From Takakia lepidozioides (taxonomy: Eukaryota > Plantae > Bryophyta): a DNA stretch of 64,000 nt. The stretch spans positions 47,430,001 through 47,494,000 of the forward strand of contig CM060733.1 of NCBI GenBank assembly GCA_030704615.1. The letters are read 5' to 3'. Shown piece by piece: positions 1-12,828 of the stretch. Under the pieces are notes generated by a model. It worked only from the letters and a program-made list of their open reading frames with translations, did not search any database and was not told the origin of the DNA. The stretch's first letter is position 1. Each line of letters opens with the position of its first letter. The position numbers and the translations under genes were made by a program.

Positions 1-288
1 CAGAAAGCTCGAAGAGCTTATGGGATAAAAGGAAGCAGGATAAGGAAGAATGTTATAATGTGGGGTCCTCAACAAGCAGCCCTAAAACAACTAACGAAGG
101 TCAAGAGATTCAAGAAAAGTGGGGTATGTGTGGGTGGGGGGTGGAAAGTGATGAATTTGGGAAAGTCCATCAACCCATGTAGGTGAAACTGACTTGTGAT
201 CAGTACCCTCCTTTTCGCCCCCAAAAGAACTTCCCCCCTTGTCCCCTGCCAAAATGCAAGTTTGAATGACTTATGGAAATACACGCAG

Positions 289-1238
289 GGAAGTGATGGA
301 CAAATATGGAGGCGAAATTTTGAAATTGACAGACAGGATACTGGAGGCTCTCTCCCTACTGCTTGGATTACAGCGAACGTATCTGAAGGAAGTATTTGGT
401 GATCCTATGCTGGCTCTACGGTTGAACTTCTACCCACCATGCCCCCAGCCCGATCTAGTCCTGGGTTTGAGGCCTCACTCAGACCCAAATGTTATGACAG
501 TGTTGTACCAAGATGAGATAGGTGGCCTCCAAGTGAAGAAGGGCCACAAGTGGGTTGGAGTTACCCCTGTGCCAAATGCCCTTGTTGTCAATCTGGGTGA
601 TCAACTACAGGTAAATTATCCTTTTCTTTTCTGTGTGACAACTTCATAGGGCCAGCCAAATGACAATTTGGTTACATAGCTTTGAGTGTTGATGTAAGGC
701 GTCAATTGAAATTAGACGAGAATGAATCATCGCGATTCTGGCAAGTGCTACTGTAGCTTTGTACCTACACTAAGATGTAAGATTTGTTGCTGTGGTACTT
801 TTTTTGTCATGCACTCTGTGTAGAGGAAAGCTGCAGAAGTAGCTTGTGGCCAGCACTATGGGCGGGAGGGCTCTGCCCACCTCTGTAGCGGTTTTCCACA
901 TGAAGTCCCACCACTGAGTTTCAGGTGGACATTGTGTTAACCACTGCCAATGTGTACTTCCAGAACTGTTACTGACAGAGGTTGGGGACTAATTTGGTGG
1001 TCAGGTAGTGAGCAACAACAAGTTTCACAGTGTGGAGCATCGGGCAGTGACAAATCAAGGTGCATCCCGCCTGTCAGTGACAACTTTCTTGCATCCACAT
1101 GCCGATGCCATCCTCGGCCCAGCTCCAGAGCTTGTTGATGAAACCCACCCTGCACTCTTTGAGACCATCAATTACACTGAGTATCGCAAATCTTTTCATA
1201 AGAAGGCAGCCTTTGGAAAGACTCTGACTCCGAAGTAG
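289..1238 (+). CDS. 2-oxoglutarate/Fe(II)-dependent dioxygenase (DOXC class), last two exons (289-610, 1005-1238); 5' exons lie upstream of the window
   Basis: Motifs LRLNFYPPCPQPDLVLGLRPHSD, GGLQV, VVNLGDQLQ|VVSNNKFHSVEHRAV and RLSV give the HxD...H iron triad and RxS. GT-AG intron at 611-1004; cag acceptor at 286-288. Confidence 0.92.
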
Positions 1239-3649
1239 AGTGCAACTTCATTTTCATTCATAAAATATGAAACAGCGGAAGTTGTGGAGGAAGAGGTGGA
1301 TGTACTGCTGTACGTGGGAATGTAGAGACACATAGGTCTTTTAGTTTACGCACAGATGAAGGAGAAACCCACTACTTCAGCATGTGGAAGTTGAGGAGGA
1401 GGGTGAAGGCACAGTTGTGGATAAAGTACATAATATATTTTTACTTTAACATGTAGTGTGTGAGCACCTCAGCACCAAAACATGTCATCTTGCAATGTTA
1501 GCAAAATGCTGTGGTGAAGAAACCCTTTGGTGTTATCTGAGACCCAAGCAGCAGGTGAATTAGAGCTCCTTTGGGAAAAGGACAATCGAGAAAGCACATG
1601 TAACTACAGTTCCAGTCATGAAAGGATGCAGACTAAAATTTCAACATGTTTGCAAAGCTCGGAGGTTTCATCATCTGTTCTGTACTCTATAGCATCTCGG
1701 GGCCTCAAAGCTATGAACCGTTCAACAGGGAAGACAACATGGCAATGAATTCAATTCCATGTGAAGTTGGCTTCCTAGTAAGACTTGTGTCCATTGAAAG
1801 AGGGCCCTATGAGGCACAGTGTCATTGCGTCTCAAAAAGGATGGTGAATGTGTGTGGATGGAAGAGATACCTGAACCTGAATGCAGATTAGACTCCCCAA
1901 ACAAGAGAGAGGTTCTCCATGAACTTAGTCTTGATGCAGTAAAGCATCATCAAGGATCACTTGTAGTTACTTGAAACCATGGATGGAGTTGAGGGCAGGA
2001 AGGGATTGCATCTGTTACTATATAGTCACACTCCAGACTCAGCCGCTCAGTGAAGGGATTTTCAAGTTTGAAAAATTCTGCTAGAGCAGGGGCTCTCTGT
2101 CCAGAGACTCAGAGCTCTAGCAAGCCTTGTGGTGCAGTACAGGTGCAATAACATGCCATAAAATAAGGCTGGAACTTCTGCTGTGGTGATTCCGTTTAGG
2201 CATCCTTGTAGAAGCAGCTTATAGCAGCGGGCATATGCGATGGATCCTAAGAACATGTATTCACCTGGCTATGGAGGATGTTTTCATATGTCAAGAAACC
2301 AAGTGCTGGATTGGCATGACCAAGTCTACCATTACTTCCTTCTGCTCGAGAATCCACCATCCCTAAACTATCACTACAATAGAGGACTGATAAAACCAAC
2401 TGGTCAAGGTTTCACACTTCCTACTTATGGAACTGTATGGAACACCAATCTCAATCCTTACTGATGAACTCAAAAATGAAATCCAGTGGAGTTTCCTACT
2501 TCCTACTTCCTTTCTGCTGCAATCACTCAAATTCTCAAATTGACCTAAGGCAATAACCTACTCCTCTTCCTTCCTATACAACCCTTGCAGACTTCAATCA
2601 ATCATGTGGAACCGATCTGCGTACATCAGCTGCAATCAGCGATGCCAAGGCCTCGGCCGGAAATGTTTGCATAAAGGCATCAATACCAGATTTCGTCCAA
2701 GAAACGTGAACCTGCAGATTCACGTGCTGATAATCATCCAAGAGCTTCAAATACTCCTCTCCATTGATCTTAGTAGTAGTACCGAAAAAAAAAGGAATGA
2801 CGATACAGCTGCCTGCAATATGTTCAAGCGCTCTTGCGACTGTTGTTCGTCTACAAAGTCACGGAGATTGCTCTGCTGCTTCCGAATTTCACGAATAAGA
2901 CTCTCAGATTCACATTGATGGTTCAATTTAGCCGCACGGAATCTCTTGTTAGCATCCTTTGCGATCAATTTCAGCAAGGCGCGAGTCCCTGGCAACTTGT
3001 GCCAATCATGCAGCATCTGACGGATTTCAATACCCTGCTGCAGTTGGCGGCTTCGTGCGACAGTCAGCTGCAGCTGGCGATGCTCTTCATCTGTCTGGAG
3101 GGTAGCGAATGATCTCTTCACGCCTACCCCACCTTGCTTGACCACTTCCTCCACCGTCCTCGCATTGGGTGAAACTTTGTGAGCGAAAACCTTGTGGCAT
3201 CGCAAGTCGGTCCTCGACATACTCCCGATCTTCACGAACGCCGCGCTCATGGTCTCAAAATCGGCCACCACGCGCCTGTTCTACCTCTTACTAGTGGCTG
3301 AATGAACCTCCTAAACCAAAAAGAAAGTGAAACTTAGGCCTAAGGAGCAAGCGAGTAAAAAGAGAAAGATCGTGAAGAATTCTAAGGACCCGCCATAAGC
3401 AATTCACCATTTATCCACCCTGTCAAGGGGGCTAAATTGCATTGCCTCGCCCAATAATAGCAAGTGGGTCCCTATTTTTGGCCCCTTGTTGTGAAAATTT
3501 GTTAGAGGGATAGCCGGTTAGGCAGAAATTAACTAAAAAAAAAAAGTGCCTAATCCAAAAAAATTATTTTTGGCAAGAGTGCCTAATGGTATAAAAACTT
3601 GAATCTAATTTTTTTTAAACAAATAGAAAATAGAAAAAAATCTGAAACT

Positions 3650-6350
3650 CCATAGGTTCTTGCGTTGACTCAACTATCTCATCATGGGTTGCCTCATATC
3701 CAAGCTTTCCTTCTGACGTTGACCTATCGTTGAGATTAGCAAGCTCATCTACAATATGAAGATTTGCCAAACATCTACTCATGCTATCAAATACATTGAG
3801 ATCAAGATAAATGTCCGGGACCTCTTCATAACAAGATCCCTTTCCAAGATATCATCGGAGGTGGCAAACAAGTCCCTTGCAAAATTAGCTCTCATAGCTT
3901 CTCCTTGAAACATGTGTTCGAATGCACGTAGAATGCCACATTGTTCCCAGCCGGACACAAGCGGCTTCCTGGAACTCCGACGCAAGGGTGGGGGAGAAAG
4001 CACAGCTGCTTGCACACGCGCAATACCTTCCACGTAGTCGGGAAGGACATAAGTAGGAGGTGGGCTCCAGCACAAGTCACTCAAATATATGGAGGACAGG
4101 GGCTACAGGAGAGCGTTTATAAGATTTCTGCCATAAAAAATGCATCATTTGGGTATCAATCAGAGAACAGAAGGGGAGGGGAGAGAGCATATGCACATGA
4201 GCAAATAGACACGAAATGAACTTACTCACATGAAAAGTCATTGTCCAGGTCCTTGTCGTCTCCGTCGTTGATATCAATTGGCACAGTGACGTCCTTCACA
4301 TTGGAGGTAGACGTGCCCCCTTGCAACTCGGCGAGGAGGCCAGTGAAAATATCCGCATCTCCTTCCATACCAAACAAGTGCCTGCCCCCTGCCTTGCAAG
4401 CATGGTAAGAAGCGCCTGCAAGAGAGAGAATGAAGGAAATGAGTATTAGAATATTGAGTAAAGAATGTACACAAGAAAAGAAATCGATGAGAAAGGCAAG
4501 AAGAGAAACTTGTGCCAAGAGTGAGATCTATGATGCGGGCCCCTGGCCAAGAACAAGTCTCAATGATCGTTTGGATAACAGCGGGGCTTTTCTCAAAAGC
4601 CCCTCTCCATGACATTCCATTTGGCTTTCGCAAACATACGTTGGAGTCGACATAGTTGTAGTGCATGTCGTTGACGACAGGATCAAACTTCTCGTTTATG
4701 AAACATCCTCCCCCATGAAGCTCAAACTCCCCCACTGTGGCGGGAGTGGACGGTGGATGTACCCTCACGAGACAGACGGCCTCAAATAGACGGGTCTGCG
4801 ATGAAGAGGAGAATAATTAGTGAGGAATGTTTCATAGCACATCTGGGGCGGGAGTGCAGACCCATTCCGGATAGTATGGATTCAGAGTCATTGCTCAGGT
4901 GGACCGCCATAAGTGAGTGCGCTGACACACTCAATTCAGGCAAATGCGCAACACCATGCCATAAGAGGGTGTACAGTGCAACTTCAACAGAGAAGACATA
5001 AAAAGAAAAGGATTTGAAATCTACCTTCTGCCTTGGGCAATCCCCCTTCATCAGATACAAGCTGTTGACATCGTTCTAGGTCTTGATAATCCGCATCCCC
5101 GAGGCTTTCAAGTAGCTTGCCAGCTCCCGGCGACATCTCAACGTGATGGATTGAATGATAACAAGAACCCCTGCATTGAAAAGGAAAAACTTGCAAAAAG
5201 AAAACACCCAACTCCAATATCTCTCGTCGAATTTGTTCCAGGTTGGGCAGGTGTCAGTGGGCAGAGATCGGCGTTCCAAATGTCAAGCCATTTCACTTTC
5301 ACCTCTGGCTCCACAACGGCAGTGGACAGACAATGTAGCTTCTCCTGCATAATTTCGGGCTTGGTACTATTCAGGTTTCAGTGGATCCTGACCTGATTCA
5401 AGAACTCTGTGCCAAAAGTGGGGTCGGCTATTCTGAGTTGTTTTACTCATGTAATGCCTCTTCGCGACCTCCATCTCCGCGTTCATAGCTCTTTCCTTTT
5501 GAGGATCATTCCCCTGGGTCTTTTTTGGCATAGTACTTTGCTTTCCCTTTCTCTCCAGCCTCCGCAATCTCTTGCTGCACATTTCAGTATATATCATATG
5601 AGTCAAGTGGTATTGGGAATGAACAAGTAGATAAAGCTCGGGAATGAATACTTACGGCGTACATGTAGTCACATGAAGCCTCCCTGGTCAGCTTGTACCA
5701 TGTGTCTGCGGATTCATAGGTCTCGCACTTCTTGTAAGCCTTAGCACTGATAAGGTTTTTGAAGGTGACCAGTGGCATTTGGCCCACCTAATTCTGTATC
5801 CTGAATAGAGTATGGACCAAATTCGTCGTCACGTATGCACTTTCGGTTCCCCTGCAGTCACAACACAAACTCTATGACCTCCTCCTCGACCAGCCAATAC
5901 AAAACAGACATAACAAAATGGAGAGTTTAGATGGCATTAAGGGTGAGCATTGCACTTACTTGTTGATGTCATGCATAGCCGTGAGAAATGTGGTGACGTT
6001 TCCTTTCGGATCTAGCACCATGGACGCCACAAGGTAGTGCCAGTCCTCTTCTGTGCTCTGATATTTGTTTATGACATTCATCCAGGCCATGAAGCGGTAG
6101 TTGCCATCCTAGATATGAAACATTTTCCCGGAGAACAACTGTGCGGACAGCCTCTTCGAAATATGGGCCTCGAACTCATCGTTTACTTCTCGCCAGATTG
6201 GATCCCAGCTTTTCACAATTGACTCGTCCACCAAGACCTCCATTCCAGTGGCATCGCATAAGGACATGTAAAACACCGGAGAACCCTCTAGGTATCCATG
6301 ACTGAAATCTTGCTCCAACTTGGAGACATCCCTGGTAAGGGCTGGTCGAT
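3650..6350 (-). pseudogene. Spliced ParB/Srx-domain + beta-class N6A/N4C DNA methyltransferase gene, copy A (5'-truncated, with stops and frameshifts)
   Basis: Exons at about 6350-5960 (RPALTRDVSKLEQDF...MFHI*DGNYRFMAW), 5795-5655, 5575-5025 (PTWN..W..VF...FL..AGVLVII), 4795-4510 and 4415-4230. Joining across the GT-AG intron 4509-4416 gives WRGAFEKSPAVIQTIIETCSWPGARIIDLTLGT(S)ASYHACKAGGRHLFGMEGDADIF, matching the KP..L...I...S..G..VLDPF.GSG....A....R...G.E pattern of N6_N4_Mtase. Confidence 0.75.
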
Positions 6351-6355
6351 TGAGG

Positions 6356-6560
6356 ACGTGACTTCCGCGTGAGCGTGAGAGGTGATGTGGCGTGAGTGCA
6401 GACTCACACCAGCTGATGTGGCGTGAGCGTGGGGTCGCGCTGACGTGGCGTGAGCGTGAGGCTGCCGTGGCGTGGGCCTACTGACCTGTCAATATCCGGC
6501 TGATGTGGCAGTCGTCAGAATAACATGGCATCTAGACAACTTGCCAGATGCCATGTCATC
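6356..6560. repeat. Subterminal repeats of the MULE-like element: TGA(C/T)GTGGC and GCGTGAGCGTG motifs plus a short inverted repeat
   Basis: About 5 variants of (c)tgaYgtggcgtgagcgtg in 6372-6510; acatggcatct...agatgccatgt inverted pair at ~6523-6556. Confidence 0.7.
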
Positions 6561-8901
6561 AGAAACATATAGCACCTATAGCCGAGGGGCCTATAGCCGT
6601 GGCATTCATTCATGCAAAACACCAGAAATCAAAATGTAGGAACGACTTGTGAAAGCATTTGCATCCATTCCATTTATTTTCGAACGACTATACACAAGAA
6701 AGAAATGACACACATTACACAACATAATTGGAGGCTGCATTGGCACCAAATATATGAAGGGACATCAAATTCAAGTTTCAACTCTTGTTAATGGAATTTG
6801 CAGATGACCAAAGTGAAGAGGATGCTATGTGCTTCTATCTCGCTGCATAAGTATATTCACCTCGTTGAAACTCATGGTGGCCTGGTGAATGAAGATGTCG
6901 CGTCTGGGATCACAAACCATTCTATTCAAGAAAATAAAATATAGATGCTTGCAGGGTATAAATTTTCCTGTATTTCCCAAACTTGTTGTAAGCATGCCAA
7001 CAAAATCAGGACAGGTGCAGTTGGGGAAATTTGAAATTGTGATGTCGTACAACCGGTCGTGCATAGCGGATGTGGAGGTCATCATAGTGTAGATTCGTCC
7101 ATACCCGGGATGTCGGCTTCCGTAGTGCTTGTAACACGACCTTGAAGCAATCGAGCAGATTCCACCTTGCCGAAATGCTCGGCAGTCGGAGGGAAACGAC
7201 GAACCAGCTTCCCATTTCGTTTTGTCGGCCATGCATCAGCGTTGGGTGGTGGCACTCCAAAACTTGCTGAAGTAGAAGCACCTGCATGTACAGAGGGGGC
7301 TCGCTGAAGGGAGAAGCCTGCCTCCTCCAACATGGCAATCTCGTGAGTTGTGAGATGTGTCCCCACCTTCACAGGCCAAACGCTTGGTGGAGGAGGCTTC
7401 ATGACAACCGATGGTCGCACAGTCCCACACACGCACCTACCACAGTCGTCAGGGCAGAACCAGGATTTGTGGTTCTTCGCCTCAGCTTGCCCGTAAGATG
7501 TGAACAAACCAGTGAAGGTCGAAGCCGGAGTGCGGACCTTGCCTCTAGATATGGAGAACTTGCATTTCTCACGATTGGTTGTTCTGATTGCCATGCACTT
7601 CACTCGAGACCCAACAGTGGTGCGTTCTATGTGCCAGACTTTGTCGGGGCACATGGACTCCGCCACAAGGGGGAGCACGTTTGCCTCCTGCCCCATTGCA
7701 CTCACTGTGGGAGATGGCTGCCTTTGGCTTTGTGACAAAGGATCGTCCGCACTGGATATGCCGAAAACGAACCTCTGATGAAATGGAACACGCGGCATGG
7801 AGAAGTTGTCTCTGTCCGGCCTGTGGGAGTCCGCATCCGACCCAGGATGGGTGTTCAATTTCCGTTTACAAGACCCGAATCTCTCCTCACCCTCCAGATG
7901 GGGAACTCTGGACACCAGTGGAGTTCTTTCCACACACATGCTGACAACCCTGACAATCTTGTTCGAATCCCCTGATCTTCTTGTTGCTCGCAACATCAAC
8001 TCGGACTTGTCTGGACCCTTGCCACCAACGCCACCCCGCAAGAACTCCCGATATCTCGTCTGTTGCAATAGAGCTCGAATCAGATCATCTGCCGTTGCCA
8101 CATACAAATCCCGGCCCCGCTTTCCAGATTGTTGCAACCATACATTATGCACTGTCTCCGCCAAATTGCAAGAGGGCATGTCCGCCATCTCCTCAATTGA
8201 GAAGTGCTGCAAAATGGAAAAACATATATCAGAAAGAGGACATGCACACCCTACTACAACAGACATGATTGGAAGATACAAACTCAATGAAATTTGCAAG
8301 CTTTCAAATGCACGAACCGTTGTCATGCATACTCCCCATTGTCTGTACCGGAAGTGCCAAAATCTCAGCCAGTCTTTTAGCGCTCTCATACTGTCTTCTG
8401 ATGCAACCCCATATGAGAACCACCAGGCACGAATTGTCTGGAACAATGTATTCGCCTCTGCCATGCTTTTGGCATCTTTGTACTGTTTGCATAGCCTAAG
8501 ATGAATAGGCTGCATTTCTGGTTTGATGTCTGCCTTTGTATGTTTCTCAAGGGACTGGGTCCAATGGAAAAGATATGTTCGCTTTCTTCCTGGCATTGGC
8601 ACATTTGGAACTCCTGATCCAAACACAATGCGAACAGCATTGAAATTCGCTTAAGCACTGTCGGCCGTAAATCCGGCGAAATTTGGAGATGAGACACCTT
8701 GGGAATCCATATAAGACTTCTCCACATTAGCTGTTGCAAATCCGCATCCTCTGATTGCATGTCACACACTGTAATTGTCATGACTCGCTGGTAGAAAGGA
8801 TCGTAAACATGACACACCATTGTAGTCCAGTCTTTCACTCGTTTGACGTTATCAAACATAAGGAAACAGTTCTGAAGATCGCCACCCTTCTGCATGCGCT
8901 T

Positions 8902-9553
8902 TGTCACGGACATAGCCCAGAAGAACTTACCTGGAGTAAATACCAGAAGTTACCAAGTTACCATGTTATCAAAAGTTACCATGACTTACTGTGATTTACC
9001 GTGATCTACCATGATTTACCATTACTTACCAAATTACCGGGTGTTTACCAAATTACCAAAAATAACTTGGGAAACTACTCAGGAAGCTTCATTTGGAGGA
9101 AACTTCTCCATCAAGATACCTCCTTTGTTTAAGGAAGCTTCTCCATCAAGAAACCTTTGTTTAATCTTGGAAACTTCTCCAGCAAGAAACCTCCATATGG
9201 GAAGCTTCTTGGGGAAGCTTCTTAGTAGCCAGTATATGTAGGAGGCGAGACTGGACACTCTTTAGTCTCGCCAACACCAGTTCAAGCTACTCTTGTTTCC
9301 AGTTCCCAGTACTCCAGTCCAGTTCCCAGTACTCTAGCCCAGTTTCCAGTATCTGGTACTCCAGTCCAGTTTCCAGCATTCCAGTATTCAAGTCGTGTTC
9401 CAATATCTTGTACTCTTGTTCATTGTTATAAAGATCGTCTTGATTCATATTTACTCATCGTGCATTCGGCCACGCCGACCTTGACTTCTTGTCTAGCATT
9501 GTACCTCTAGTTTTATCTCTTGTTTGTGTTTAGTCATGTTCTCGTCCTTGACA
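8902..9553 (+). repeat. 5' LTR (652 bp)
   Basis: TGTCACGG...CCTTGACA. Direct repeat of 12829-13442 with about 20 substitutions by eye and two indels (18 and 20 bp) in internal microrepeats. Confidence 0.95.
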
Positions 9554-9555
9554 GT

Positions 9556-9570
9556 TTGGCAAGACTAAAG
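9556..9570 (+). promoter_or_regulatory. Primer-binding site, probably self-priming type
   Basis: TTGGCAAGACTAAAG just inside the 5' LTR is a 14/15 reverse complement of LTR 9260-9274 (CTTTAGTCTCGCCAA). Confidence 0.65.
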
Positions 9571-9591
9571 TTTGTTCTTTAGTTAGTTAAG

Positions 9592-10305
9592 ATGGAAGGC
9601 ACATTTGCGGAAATGGTCACTACATTGTAGAGTTTTCAGCTCCAGATGCAAGAACTTCGTACATCTACCGCCCAATTGTAAACTGATTAGTCTCAAGATC
9701 TTGACAACGCTCTCCACAATTTGCAACAACAAATTTCGGAGTTAAAAGAGTCGAGCAATGGATCTTCAACCATACGAGTCTCTACTGCAACAGCTCCTAC
9801 TGCAACGGTTACTCTTCAACAGATTACGAGAGAACCAAAGATCAGCATGCCCGAGAAATTTGATGGGACGAGATCAAGATTTCGCGGTTTTGTTCAACAA
9901 GTACGACTGTTCCTACGACTACATCAACAACGCTACCCCGATGAAGGTATTCAAGTGGGATTCGTGGGCACCCTTCTATCAGGCACTGCCCTATCTTGGT
10001 TTGCACCGCTATTAGAAAAAAAATCGCATTTACTATATAATTTTGAAGCATTCATGTCCGAGTTCACTGCAACGTTTGGAGAAAATGATAGAGAGAGAGT
10101 TGCAAAAACAAAGAAGCGAAATTTTCGACAAGGAGCACGTCCTGCTTCCGTTTATGCTGCCGAATTTCGACAACTTGCGTGCGACCTCGACTGGAATGAG
10201 AAGAGCCTCATTAGTCACTTTCAATGTGGACTAAAAGATGATGTATAAGATTTGTTGTTGACAATGCCAAACGTGAGCACACTGAGTGAATTCATCACCC
10301 AAGTC
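9592..10305 (+). pseudogene. Retrotransposon Gag (Ty3 capsid / PEG10-like), with stops
   Basis: EPKISMPEKFDGTRSRFRGF...LLSGTALSWF...QGARPASVYAAEFRQLA...F..GLKDDV; premature stops at both ends. Confidence 0.85.
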
Positions 10306-10349
10306 ATTGAATTCACTCAATTCACTCAATTCACTCAATTCACTCATTG

Positions 10350-12529
10350 AATCAGAAGAAAATACAAACCATCATCGAGTGGATTAAACCAACTTCGGTC
10401 CGAGATGTACAATGTTTTCTGGGCTTTGCAAATTTCTATAGAATCTTCATCAATGACTACTTACTGCACCGTTGACACGACTCACAGGGAAGGACAAATT
10501 TGTATGAGACGAGAAGGCTGACTAGGCATTTGAAAGGCTGAAGCAGACATTTACAACGGCTCCAATACTGGTACATGCAGACCCATCTAAACCATTCTTC
10601 TTAGAAGCAGATGCATCGGACTTTGTACTTGGCGCGGTACTCTCGCAATATGGTACAGATGGCCGACTCTACCCTGTTGGTTTTTGTTCTCGCAAATTTT
10701 CCGCTGCGGAGATCAATTATGAAATCCATGACAAAGAACTTCTAGCGATTATCGATGCTTTTGTGGAGTGGCGACATCTATTGGAGGGAGTTAAACATTA
10801 GGTCTATACCGATAACAAAAACCTCGAATATTTTATGAGTGCTCGTGTTTTGAGTCGACGTCAAGCAAGATGGAGTATGTCACTAGCAAGGTTTGATTTT
10901 GTTATTACCTACCGTCCCGGACATCTTCAAAGAAAACCAGATGCTATTTCTCGACGATCGTATCTTGCGCCAAAAGAAGGAGATGCAGTTTTTGACCAAT
11001 AAAAATCCATTTTCTTGAAACCAACAAATCTCCAATTGAATATTCTATCAATGTCCACCTATGACGATGCAGAGATCATAAAGGAGATTCAGAAAGCACT
11101 GAAGAGCGACCATTTTACTACGACACTACGAAGTCAACTAAATCAACCTCGAGACAACCCACATGTTACAAACGACTTCGAATTCAAAGATGACTTACTT
11201 TACTTCAAGGGACTTCTCTATGTACCTCCAGGACCTACATGACTTCGAATTCTTCAAACATGTCATGATCTTCCGGCTGCAGGACATTTCGGCTTCAACA
11301 AAACATTGGAGTTGATATCCAGGGACTATTGGTGGCCGCAGATGTTGAAACTCGTGAAAGAATTCATAAAATCTTGTGATACGTGTACTAGAGCGAAGAG
11401 ACCACGACATCGACCTTATGGTCTTCTTCAACCATTACCCATTCCCGAGGGTCTATGGTCGTCCGTGTCTATGGACTTTATTACGGACCTTCCAATTTCC
11501 AAGACCACCGATTCAATCCTTGTTATTGTAGATCGTTTTACAAAGATGACACATTTCATTCCATGTAATAAGACGGTTACTGACGAGGAAACTGCAAGAT
11601 TTTTCCTTAATAATATCTACCGCATTCATGGACTCCCGAAGGACATCGTATCTGATCGAGGACCACAGTTCATATCTAATTTCTGGAGGGGATTATTTCA
11701 CATATTGGATACTAAGATCAACCTCTCTACAGCTAATCATCCACAGACTGATGGTCAAACCGAACGTGTAAACCATATTTTGGAGCAGTATATTCGCTGT
11801 ACGATAAATTATCACCAAGATAATTGGACGGACCTTCTGTCATTGGCTGAGTTTACCTACAACAATACTATACATTCTTCGACCAAACAAACTTCATTTT
11901 TCTCCAATTATGGTCATTATCCTCGAGCAAACCTTTTCCACATGAAGACTGTTGGAAGCCCTGCTGCAGAAAACCTTGCAACTCATCTAGCTACGATTCA
12001 CAAGGAGCTTACATCCCACCTCGCAGAAGCTCAAAAACAATACAAGGAGTATGCAGATCAACGTCGCCAACTCCAACCCCAGTTCAAGGTCGGAGATCGT
12101 GTGTGGCTTCTTCGACGAGACATACAAACATCACGACCATCAAAGAAGTTGGATTATCAACGCCTGGGACCATTCAAAATTATTCGACAAATAAATCCGG
12201 TCAATTTTCGGCTTGAACTCCCACGAAGTATGCGCATCCATCCAGTCTTTCATGTTTCATTATTGGAGTTGTATCATCCATCGAACATTCCAGGGAGAGT
12301 CTCCGTACCACCTCCATCAGTCGAAGTCAATCAAGAACTTGAGTATGAAGTCGACGAAGTCCTAGACTCTCGCATCAAGTATAATCGTCTTGAGTATTTC
12401 GTACATTGGAAATGCTATGACATTAACGAACGAACGTGGGAACCTTCATCCAACCTCGCCAATGCATCTGACAAAGTCCAAGAGTTTCATCAACGATATC
12501 CAGCTAAGCCCCGAGCTACACGTCAATAA
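10350..12529 (+). pseudogene. Pol remnant: RT thumb, RNase H, integrase and chromodomain
   Basis: [12 protein letters not shown]; [16 protein letters not shown]; [12 protein letters not shown]; integrase HHCC (HD...GHFG...CDTC), SMDFITDLP, IVSDRGPQF, HPQTDGQTERVN, GPF; chromodomain YEVDEVLDSR...YFVHWK.Y....TWEP. Confidence 0.9.
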
Positions 12530-12814
12530 GACGTCACAACGATGATGTCAGCCAAGTTAGCTTCAAGGTGAAGACTCCACATTCAATGTACCTGATACAC
12601 GCTAAGGAGGGAGGAGCACCACACATCAGTATATATAACTACACTTCCAGCACTCTTGCATCTTGTATTGGCAGTATGGAGTCACATGACCTATAAATCA
12701 TTTGAGTCAAGAACAAAGAGCCGAATACTTGGTAAGTACCATTCGCCGGATTTTGGATTTTCTCCAACTCTAAGCAAGTCCAAGATTTTACCGCTCCTCG
12801 AGGAACTCGGCACT

Positions 12815-12828
12815 AGAGGAAGGGGTGA
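12815..12828 (+). promoter_or_regulatory. Polypurine tract
   Basis: AGAGGAAGGGGTGA directly before the 3' LTR. Confidence 0.8.

Noticed and set aside
1500-3271. Minus-strand ORF 2747-3271 and downstream fragments (a VILDD-like string near 1950) as a possible NLR/NB-ARC relic
   Set aside because: No convincing P-loop, GLPL or MHD motifs could be assembled; the family is not recognisable by eye.
3650-6350. Bacterial or phage contamination as the source of the ParB-MTase sequence
   Set aside because: Both copies have GT-AG introns at shared positions and are interleaved with plant TEs and genes.
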